This document shows positions 57,003-64,000 of a stretch of DNA of 64,000 nt, one piece after another. Origin of the DNA: a virus. The stretch is from positions 47,743 through 111,742 of IMG/VR virus record IMGVR_UViG_3300043772_001024; one strand, 5' to 3'. The translations under genes and the position numbers were made by a program. Position 1 is the first letter of the stretch. Every line of letters starts with the position of its first letter. The notes beneath the pieces are model-generated. The model made no database searches. It was not told the DNA's origin and worked only from the letters and a program-made list of their open reading frames with translations.

Positions 57003-57086
57003 CTAAAAAATGCTATTGTGGGAGTGACTTACTTCAACCCTCTGACAGCCAGGAAAGACTGGCTTTTTATTGTTTAATTTAAATTT

Positions 57087-57422
57087 ATGATTATGAACTG
57101 GTTAGGAAAAATGTTCAAGAAAAAGAAAAAGAGTTATAATACTGATGGTCAGTATAAACTATTAATTATTGATGATGAGGCAGAATTGCTCCATAAAAAT
57201 TTAGGTATGACTAATGAAAGAGCAGAAATAATATTAAATAAGTGCTTAGAATCATTTGAAAACAGTCAACGTGTGCATGTTGCAATGGAAAAGGTTGTTG
57301 ATATATGTACTCATACTAATGAGATAGTCTTTGCTACTCTTATGATGGCTAAAGTTATTGAGAAGAATGAGTCACATGAAAGGATTTCTAATATGCTCAA
57401 AAACATGTTTGGCCGTGGATAG
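57087..57422 (+). CDS. Hypothetical protein
   Basis: 111 aa. Confidence 0.65.
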   Translation: MIMNWLGKMFKKKKKSYNTDGQYKLLIIDDEAELLHKNLGMTNERAEIILNKCLESFENSQRVHVAMEKVVDICTHTNEIVFATLMMAKVIEKNESHERISNMLKNMFGRG

Positions 57423-57627
57423 GTATTTAATTAGCTCTGTCTTAGGATTTAATCTTAGGGCAGAGATAGTTGATCAGAATGGTGAGCTGGTAAAGAAAGG
57501 TTTTGTTAAAGGTGCTTTTCCTAAAAGAGCAAAAAAGATAAAGTCAAGACTTTTTGACAAAACATTCTTTACTCACTATAATGAGGAACTTGTAGCAAAA
57601 ATTAGAGACCTAAGAAAATTTGATTAG
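57358..57627 (+). CDS. Hypothetical protein (true start probably downstream, near 57415)
   Basis: ORF fills the gap to the next gene. Confidence 0.5.
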   Translation: MRRMSHMKGFLICSKTCLAVDRYLISSVLGFNLRAEIVDQNGELVKKGFVKGAFPKRAKKIKSRLFDKTFFTHYNEELVAKIRDLRKFD

Positions 57628-57629
57628 TT

Positions 57630-58049
57630 ATGAATATATCTGTAACATATGATGAAACTGATGTAGCAAAAGCATTAGGTAAGATTATCAAAGATCCAAA
57701 TGCAGAAGAGTTTGTCAAGCTATTTACTCCCATTATTTGTGGTAGCTCACAAACAGTAGAACATTTCTTTAAACTTATGATAGGTAATAAACTGCCAGGT
57801 ATACTAGCTTATGGTACTTTGTGCAGAATGCCTGTAAGTAGTATTGGTTATGGTATGGATAAACAAGCAACTACACAAAAGTATGCTGATTCAGATGGTT
57901 GTATTATTGTTACTGTTAAAGATTTCAGAGGTTATCATGAGTATTCACAATATTATGTAGAATATACCGGTATTGATGACAAGGGTAATGTTAAGAAAGA
58001 TACAACCTATGTTAGAACTAATGAACTGGAAGTTATTGAGGATTTTTAA
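57630..58049 (+). CDS. Hypothetical protein
   Basis: 139 aa. Confidence 0.7.
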   Translation: MNISVTYDETDVAKALGKIIKDPNAEEFVKLFTPIICGSSQTVEHFFKLMIGNKLPGILAYGTLCRMPVSSIGYGMDKQATTQKYADSDGCIIVTVKDFRGYHEYSQYYVEYTGIDDKGNVKKDTTYVRTNELEVIEDF

Positions 58050-58197
58050 GAGGTGTATTCTGTGAATATGCTTTTCCTGACCAAAATACGGAGGGGTATA
58101 GTGCCCCTCTTTATTGTTTAGCTATATATTGCTAAATTTTATTGGTTTAAACTTCTTAGCTTAGAATAAATGCACTACATTTACTAGCATATTTTTT

Positions 58198-58476
58198 ATG
58201 CCTGTAATGCAATATCAGCTCCCCAACGGGAAAGTAGTTAATCTCTCAATAGAGGAATATCTTGATCTTACAGATGAAGATGTGCAGTACTTGATGTCTC
58301 TAGACTATGGAGAACATATCTTAGATCCATTCACAGGATCAGCAGTAGAAAAAAACAAACAAGAAAAATATTATGACTTTGATTATCTAGCAGATGATGA
58401 AAGTGATGATGATGTGATATCTGATGATGATCCATTTGATGATATCATAGACTTAACGGGCCCACTGGATACATAA
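58198..58476 (+). CDS. Acidic hypothetical protein
   Basis: YQLPNGKV..LSIEEYL; Asp-rich tail. Confidence 0.7.
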   Translation: MPVMQYQLPNGKVVNLSIEEYLDLTDEDVQYLMSLDYGEHILDPFTGSAVEKNKQEKYYDFDYLADDESDDDVISDDDPFDDIIDLTGPLDT

Positions 58477-58510
58477 TACCTGAATTGCAATAAAGGTATT
58501 TACAACTTAT

Positions 58511-58594
58511 CACTTAGACTGAGTAACTAGGTGTATAGTAAAAATCTACTCAAACAATCAATTATTTATTTATTTATTTTTAAAACTTAAAGTT
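58511..58594 (+). promoter_or_regulatory. H-type pseudoknot plus AU-rich leader
   Basis: Stem 1 58511-58517/58527-58533; loop TGAGTA pairs with TACTCA at 58547-58552. Confidence 0.45.
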
Positions 58595-59074
58595 ATGAAC
58601 ACAAAAGTTAAAGTTGTAGCTGATGCTACTACAGGATCTGTAATTACATTATCTGGTAATGCACAATTTGGTTATGTAAGATTAGAACAAGTTAGATCTG
58701 TCATTGATGACAATGGTTTCTTACGTAGAAAAGCAGTTAGCACATTAATTCATGGTGACATTAATGAGTTAAAAGCTATGAATTTTTATGCTGGACAAGA
58801 GTTACCAGGACAAATTGTAATTAAAGAAGCTTTAGAGCCATTTAATTCTAAAACTCCTGAGCGTGATCTTAAAGTAGCAGGTTCTACTGGTATAGTATGT
58901 ACTTTTGAAGGTGCACCTATTTACCGTAAAACTGTTTATACAACAGCTGCAAATGCACAAGACATACTTATCAAACATGATAATGTAAATCAGTTGCGTG
59001 AAGCTTATGCTGTGCAATCAGGTACTTCAAGTGCTATAAACAATGCACGTCCAGCTGAAGACTTATCTATCTAA
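58595..59074 (+). CDS. Hypothetical, possible ssDNA-binding protein
   Basis: 159 aa beta-rich; strong terminator downstream; pseudoknot leader. Confidence 0.65.
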   Translation: MNTKVKVVADATTGSVITLSGNAQFGYVRLEQVRSVIDDNGFLRRKAVSTLIHGDINELKAMNFYAGQELPGQIVIKEALEPFNSKTPERDLKVAGSTGIVCTFEGAPIYRKTVYTTAANAQDILIKHDNVNQLREAYAVQSGTSSAINNARPAEDLSI

Positions 59075-59099
59075 GATAGTCTAAGCTATTAGTTAATAT

Positions 59100-59131
59100 G
59101 AGAGGGGTAGAAATATCCCTCTCTTTTTTTT
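59100..59131 (+). terminator. Intrinsic terminator
   Basis: GAGAGGG/CCCTCTC hairpin plus T7. Confidence 0.8.
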
Positions 59132-59134
59132 ATT

Positions 59135-59626
59135 ATGATTAAAATGTATAAAATGGAAAAGTTAAAACAGGAAATTAAAAATTATCAGTTGAATGCAGGT
59201 AAAACTTACATGCAGTATGAAACTGACAGGTATTCACAGTATCAAAACTACTTGTACAAGAGAGCACTTTATGGTCTAAATGCTCTTTCTGAACAAGAAC
59301 TAGCTACTATGTGTAGCAAAAAGAAACAAAGAATTGTAAATGTTTATAAGAGAGCTCAAGTAGTAATCAATAAACTTAAGCAAGAGTTTACCATAAAGTA
59401 TACCAACTTTATGTTCAAGACTTTGTTTCCAAACAGTCCACTAACAGACTCATTACTAGCTTGTTCTGAGCTTGATGAGAAGTTTAAAAACACTCTAACT
59501 TTTAAAGATTTAAACATTGGTAAAGATGATATTATTGCTATCTTTATAGCAGAAGGCATCTTACCTAAAAACTTTTTAAGTTTAGATAAGGACCCAAACC
59601 AGTTACCAAGATTAAAAAACCAGTAA
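59135..59626 (+). CDS. Hypothetical protein
   Basis: 163 aa. Confidence 0.7.
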   Translation: MIKMYKMEKLKQEIKNYQLNAGKTYMQYETDRYSQYQNYLYKRALYGLNALSEQELATMCSKKKQRIVNVYKRAQVVINKLKQEFTIKYTNFMFKTLFPNSPLTDSLLACSELDEKFKNTLTFKDLNIGKDDIIAIFIAEGILPKNFLSLDKDPNQLPRLKNQ

Positions 59627-59637
59627 AAACCAAAGTT

Positions 59638-59844
59638 ATGACAAGAGATGAATTTGAAAAGAAAGTGTATGATTTAACTAATCAGTTAACAGAATTGGTA
59701 AAACAATTACCAGAAATTCCTGAACTAGATGATACTCTAGATCCACGTGACTATGATACAAGTAGAAGTTCATTTGAGCTTTCTATTATGGGATTAGAAC
59801 AAGATTTAGATCTTTTATCAGATACATATTTTGATGAAGCTTAA
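59638..59844 (+). CDS. Hypothetical protein
   Basis: 68 aa acidic. Confidence 0.6.
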   Translation: MTRDEFEKKVYDLTNQLTELVKQLPEIPELDDTLDPRDYDTSRSSFELSIMGLEQDLDLLSDTYFDEA

Positions 59845-60238
59845 AACTTGTGACGGTTGCCAGAAGGAAACCGTGATATGGAAGAACCATGAGGGATTCA
59901 AATACTGTAAATATTGCTGGAGTTGCCAAAAAGCCATTAATAGTGACAGTTCACAGAAACCAACTGATTATAAAATCCCTCAGGTTTCTTCTAAAAGGGC
60001 AAAAAAAGATGCAGAGTATGCTAAACTAAGACAAAGGTATCTTACTGAGAATCCACTATGTATGGTGAATGTAAATGGTTGTATGCACAATGCAACAGAT
60101 ATACATCACACATTTGCTGGAAGTAACAGAGATGCCTTTTATTTAGTTCAAAGTACTTGGTTAGGAGTGTGCCGGTCATGTCATGATTGGATACACTTAA
60201 ACCCGGCAGATGCTAGAACTATGGGATGGTTAAAATGA
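59831..60238 (+). CDS. HNH-family nuclease with N-terminal Zn finger
   Basis: CDGC...CKYC; LC.....C...ATDIHH...VCRSCHDWIH. Confidence 0.75.
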   Translation: MMKLKTCDGCQKETVIWKNHEGFKYCKYCWSCQKAINSDSSQKPTDYKIPQVSSKRAKKDAEYAKLRQRYLTENPLCMVNVNGCMHNATDIHHTFAGSNRDAFYLVQSTWLGVCRSCHDWIHLNPADARTMGWLK

Positions 60239-60247
60239 TTATTTAAT

Positions 60248-61696
60248 ATGATTACTATGGAAGATGAGAAAGTAAAAAGAATAGCCAAGCCAAGAGTAAA
60301 TATTGATAATGTTACTTTTGGTGATTTAACTGTAATAAAGTACAATGGTGGTGGTAAACAACTTTGTAGATGTAGCTGTGGAAAAGAAACACAAGTTGCA
60401 ACAGGATTTCTTATAGGAGGTCATAGAAAGAGTTGTGGATGCAAGAGATATGTAAGAAAACAAGCAGAAAACTGTCGTCACTGTGGAGCTACTATTTGTG
60501 ATAGGAATGAATTCAAATCTAGAACCTATAGTAATGGTAAGAAAGGTAAATGTAGTACATGCAAGTATTGTAAGAGCAAAGCCTCTTTTTGTTTATATTC
60601 ATATGAAGATCCTGAACTTGAAAAGCTAAGTGTGAAGAGAAATGGTTATATTCATAATAGAGTTGGGTGGGCTAAAAATGGAGAGATTTATAAGCAGAGG
60701 GATTATGAACGTAAGAGAGAATCAACTGCTAATTTAGATGATAACTATATTATGAAAAAGCTTGTTAGTGAGGGTTGGTCCAGAGATGATGTTACTCAAG
60801 AAATTATAGAGTCAAGGAGAAAAGCTCTTAAAGATTATAGAGAGAGAACAGGACTTTCATGCAAGGAAGACTATTTTAGATATGAGTATAAAGGAGTAAA
60901 GTACAGAAAAAAAGATTATTGTGAAATAATTGCAAAAGAGTACGGTCTTACTCCTATTACAGTGCATGGCAGACTTAAAGCTGGCTGGTCTTTTGATGAT
61001 ATAGTTAATACACCCATGTATTGTCTCTCTGAAACTTCAAGAAAGGAATATGTTGAAAAGATGGGTGCTCAGGTTAAAGTCTATGATCTTGATAACAATT
61101 TGCTTTATGAATTTAATACCTATGGTGAGACTGCAAAGTTTTTAAATACTTCACAAAGTAATGTAGTGAATACTTGTACAAGATCTGGAATATTTCAGGA
61201 TAAATACAAGATAAGGTCTAAGATAAGCTCTCCAGAGAAAAAAGCTTTATTGAACAAGAAAACAAAAGCTAAAAATGAAAACTGGTGTAGGATAACTTAT
61301 GCAACTCCTGAGTTAAATGAATTAGCATCTAAAAGATGTCATGAAATAAACTATAAGCTTTATTATGCTAACAATAGAGAGATTATTTATCAAAGAGTCA
61401 AAGATTATTGTAATAGAACTTTTGATGTAAAGGGAGTAAATAACAAAGAAGGTTATAGTACTAACAGGGAATACAAAAAAGCTAAACACCGAGATTGGGT
61501 AAATAACAATAAAGAATTGTTAATGGCTTATCATGTAGCTTATAGAAGAAATATTGTTGACAATTTAAATGATGCATATATCAAGGGCTGTTTAATGAGA
61601 ACTGTGGGTTTAAAAGCTAGTGATATTACTCCTGAAATGATTGAGATGAAAAGAAAACAATTGGTTATGTATAGGGAATTAAAACATTTAAAATGA
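60248..61696 (+). CDS. Mosaic DNA-binding protein built from homing-endonuclease-associated modules
   Basis: FGDLTVI..CRCSCG..KSCGC, CxxC pairs, HTH-like IAKEYGL...TV.GRL..GW, NUMOD1-like VKVYDLDNNLLYEFNT..E.AKFL. Confidence 0.6.
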   Translation: MITMEDEKVKRIAKPRVNIDNVTFGDLTVIKYNGGGKQLCRCSCGKETQVATGFLIGGHRKSCGCKRYVRKQAENCRHCGATICDRNEFKSRTYSNGKKGKCSTCKYCKSKASFCLYSYEDPELEKLSVKRNGYIHNRVGWAKNGEIYKQRDYERKRESTANLDDNYIMKKLVSEGWSRDDVTQEIIESRRKALKDYRERTGLSCKEDYFRYEYKGVKYRKKDYCEIIAKEYGLTPITVHGRLKAGWSFDDIVNTPMYCLSETSRKEYVEKMGAQVKVYDLDNNLLYEFNTYGETAKFLNTSQSNVVNTCTRSGIFQDKYKIRSKISSPEKKALLNKKTKAKNENWCRITYATPELNELASKRCHEINYKLYYANNREIIYQRVKDYCNRTFDVKGVNNKEGYSTNREYKKAKHRDWVNNNKELLMAYHVAYRRNIVDNLNDAYIKGCLMRTVGLKASDITPEMIEMKRKQLVMYRELKHLK

Positions 61697-61872
61697 GTAA
61701 AGCAAACACAAAACAAATTAAAGAAGTTGCTGACAAGTCTGAGACTGTTGGTAATGAATTGTATGATGAGTTTCAAAAAAGTAAGAAACTTGAAACTGCT
61801 AAAGTGGCTATTGCAGCATTTAGAAACACTTTGTATGCAAACAGTCTTTTAATTAAGACAGAGAAGATTTAG
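61693..61872 (+). CDS. 59 aa helical protein (not in ORF track)
   Basis: MSKANTKQIKEVADKSETVGNELYDEF...; ATGA overlap with the upstream stop. Confidence 0.65.
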   Translation: MSKANTKQIKEVADKSETVGNELYDEFQKSKKLETAKVAIAAFRNTLYANSLLIKTEKI

Positions 61873-61884
61873 TATTATTTATTT

Positions 61885-62664
61885 ATGATTTTAAAGGATA
61901 TGATTATGAAAACAGAATTAAAAGATGCAGTTAGTTTATTAAAGAAAATTAAATTTACCAAGGATTACAAAAAGTTTTATTTTCTTGATAGTATAAACAG
62001 AATCCCAGATCCTTCTCATATACAAAAAATGATTATGAGTGTTAGAGCAATGGGTGTTGTGAGACCAATAATATGTGTAAAAGTACAGTTTATTGATGGA
62101 ACAACTAAGTTATACATTGTAGATGGACAGCATTTATTTAATGCATTATGTGCAGATGATCTTGAAATACCTTATATAATAATTGAAGCTAAGGAAAAAG
62201 TAGATTTGGTAAATAAAATGGCAATGTTGAATAACTCTTCAAAGCCATGGACATTACTTAATTATGTTAATGCTTATAAAATGCATATTCCAGATTACTT
62301 TCAATTATTTGACCTAAGGAACAGATACAATATTGAACCATTAATGCTTGCCGCAATATGTACAAGAGGTACATCAGCTGTTGCTACTGGAAGTCAATTA
62401 ATAAAGTCTGGTAAGTTCAAGATAACAAATCCTGAAGCAGAAGATATGGCTAGAGCTTTTAATGAGTTCTTTTTAAAGATTGGTTCTGCTGACCGTTGGG
62501 TTAAACACCAATTTTTACAGGTATTTATGAGAGCTTGGGGTGAGTATGATCATACTGAAGCCTTAAGAAATCTTGATAAACACATTAAGACTGTTAAGGC
62601 AATGAGTGATACAGGAGCTGCAGAAGCTTTTATAAGCAAAAACATATTTAATTTAACAAAATGA
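61885..62664 (+). CDS. ParB/Srx-like N-terminal domain protein
   Basis: INR....H..KM..S......PII......YIVDGQH...A. Confidence 0.7.
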   Translation: MILKDMIMKTELKDAVSLLKKIKFTKDYKKFYFLDSINRIPDPSHIQKMIMSVRAMGVVRPIICVKVQFIDGTTKLYIVDGQHLFNALCADDLEIPYIIIEAKEKVDLVNKMAMLNNSSKPWTLLNYVNAYKMHIPDYFQLFDLRNRYNIEPLMLAAICTRGTSAVATGSQLIKSGKFKITNPEAEDMARAFNEFFLKIGSADRWVKHQFLQVFMRAWGEYDHTEALRNLDKHIKTVKAMSDTGAAEAFISKNIFNLTK

Positions 62665-63755
62665 CAAAAGATCAAGTCCAAGAAGAAGCAATTAAAGCTA
62701 CTGAAGGTAGACAAAGATCTAGTGTTGCATTGGGTACTGGTGTGGGTAAGACTCTAGTTGGTCTTACTCACATGGAACTCAATACTACTCCACTAATGAG
62801 ATGTCTTGTAGTAGCACCAAAGAAGGCAATCTTCCAGTCCTGGAAAGATGATGCTGTGAAATTTGGTAAAGAAAATTTATTAGGTAGAATGACATTCACT
62901 ACTTACTTAAGTCTGAACAAACACAATCCTAATGATTATGATGCTGTCTATTTGGATGAGATGCATAGTCTGTTGGATAGTCACCGGGGATTCCTCCAGT
63001 TATACAAAGGTAAAATCCTTGGTCTAACTGGTACTCCACCTAAGCGTGATTATTCAGAGAAAGGTAAGTTAGTAAATGAGTTTTGTCCTGTAGTATATAC
63101 ATTCAAAGCAGATGATGCTGTAGAGAATGGAATACTAAATGACTACCAGATAGTAGTGCATCAGTTAGAGCTGACACATAACAAAGTGTTTCCGGTCAAA
63201 ACTGGCAATAGACAGTATATGGCATCTGAGATTGATAACTATACTTACTGGTCTAGAAGGATTGATGTAGGTTCTGGTAACATGCATATGCTCAGAGTGA
63301 TGAGGATGAAAGCTATGATGGAGTATCCAAGCAAAGAACTGTATACTAAAAAGTTAATGGAAAGTATCCAGACTAAGTGTATAATATTTGCTAATACTCA
63401 AGCTCAGGCTGACAGATTGTGTAATTACAGTTATCACAGCAGTAATAAGGAGTCTGAGGATAATTTACTTATGTTTAAGGAAGGAAAAATAGACAAGCTC
63501 TCTACTGTATTGCAGTTGAATGAGGGTGTAAATATTCCTAATCTTAAACAGGGTATTATTATGCATGCATACGGTAATGAAAGAAAAGCTGCACAGAGAA
63601 TTGGTAGGTTACTCCGGTTAAACCCAGATGATAAGGCTATTGTCCACATACTATGTTATATGGATTCAATAGATGAAAAATGGGTTAAAGAAGCCTTAGA
63701 AAACTTTGACCAGACTAAAATTATTTGGAAAGATTTTAATATTTCACTATATTAG
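62661..63755 (+). CDS. SF2 DExH helicase
   Basis: Q-motif, GTGVGKT, LDEMH, LTGT, LNEGVNIP, QRIGRLLR. Confidence 0.9.
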   Translation: MTKDQVQEEAIKATEGRQRSSVALGTGVGKTLVGLTHMELNTTPLMRCLVVAPKKAIFQSWKDDAVKFGKENLLGRMTFTTYLSLNKHNPNDYDAVYLDEMHSLLDSHRGFLQLYKGKILGLTGTPPKRDYSEKGKLVNEFCPVVYTFKADDAVENGILNDYQIVVHQLELTHNKVFPVKTGNRQYMASEIDNYTYWSRRIDVGSGNMHMLRVMRMKAMMEYPSKELYTKKLMESIQTKCIIFANTQAQADRLCNYSYHSSNKESEDNLLMFKEGKIDKLSTVLQLNEGVNIPNLKQGIIMHAYGNERKAAQRIGRLLRLNPDDKAIVHILCYMDSIDEKWVKEALENFDQTKIIWKDFNISLY

Positions 63756-63759
63756 TAAT

Positions 63760-64000
63760 ATGGAAGAGTCAAGAACACACAAGCTAGTTATATATAATGA
63801 TGACCTCAACTCATATGATTATATAATGGCATGCTTGATCAGATTTTGTGATCATGAAAGATTACAAGCTGAGCAGTGTGCTGTTGTTGCTCATAATACG
63901 GGTAGGTGTACAGTAAAAAGTGGTGATTATATGGAAATGTTCCAAATTAAAGCTAACTTTGATGGTTTAGATATAAAATCAGAAATTAAGGATTATGCAG
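63760..64000 (+). CDS. clpS: ClpS-like N-degron adaptor (partial, not in ORF track)
   Basis: MEESRTHKLVIYNDDLNSYDYIMACLIRFCDHERLQAEQCAVVAHNTGRCTVKSG...; NDD..T/S and QAEQC...H..G.C.VK.G are ClpS signatures. Confidence 0.8.
   Translation, partial: MEESRTHKLVIYNDDLNSYDYIMACLIRFCDHERLQAEQCAVVAHNTGRCTVKSGDYMEMFQIKANFDGLDIKSEIKDYA

Noticed and set aside
57003-57070. HDV-like theta ribozyme 3' of the tRNA
   Set aside because: Could not build the nested double pseudoknot; only an AGCCAG/CTGGCT-T terminator-like hairpin is evident
1-64000. Stop-codon reassignment (common in some crAss-like phages)
   Set aside because: Core genes are long and uninterrupted in code 11, TAG and TGA both terminate genes, and the tRNA-like gene has no CTA/TCA anticodon

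Overview
AT-rich dsDNA phage genome segment with the gene order of a crAss-like phage (Crassvirales). The host is most likely an aquatic Bacteroidetes/Flavobacteria (inferred from SD-less A-rich translation starts, TAnnTTTG-type promoters and a Bacteroidetes-type ClpS). Positions 1-50.7 kb are a minus-strand late arm: PD-(D/E)XK nuclease, TerL, portal, scaffold, major capsid protein, a block of eight small Lys-rich proteins, ring/tail-stabilisation proteins, unusually Cys-rich structural proteins, large low-complexity cargo-type proteins, tail fibres, endolysin/holins, and GroES-like, Acb2/Tad1-like and DUF3310-like genes. From 51 kb a divergent plus-strand early/middle arm begins with eight TRTACAGCT-N4-ACT motif cassettes. 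It continues with structured non-coding regions, a tRNA-like gene with an extended anticodon arm, HNH, ParB-like, SF2 helicase and ClpS genes. The most unusual signals are the early cassette array, three promoter-terminator units on the minus strand with no convincing ORF (candidate sRNAs), the interrupted tRNA and neighbouring structured RNAs, a T4-gene-32-like pseudoknot leader, and a hydrophobic-x-x-GG motif shared by many putative virion-internal proteins. All protein assignments come from motif recognition and synteny, not database searches.
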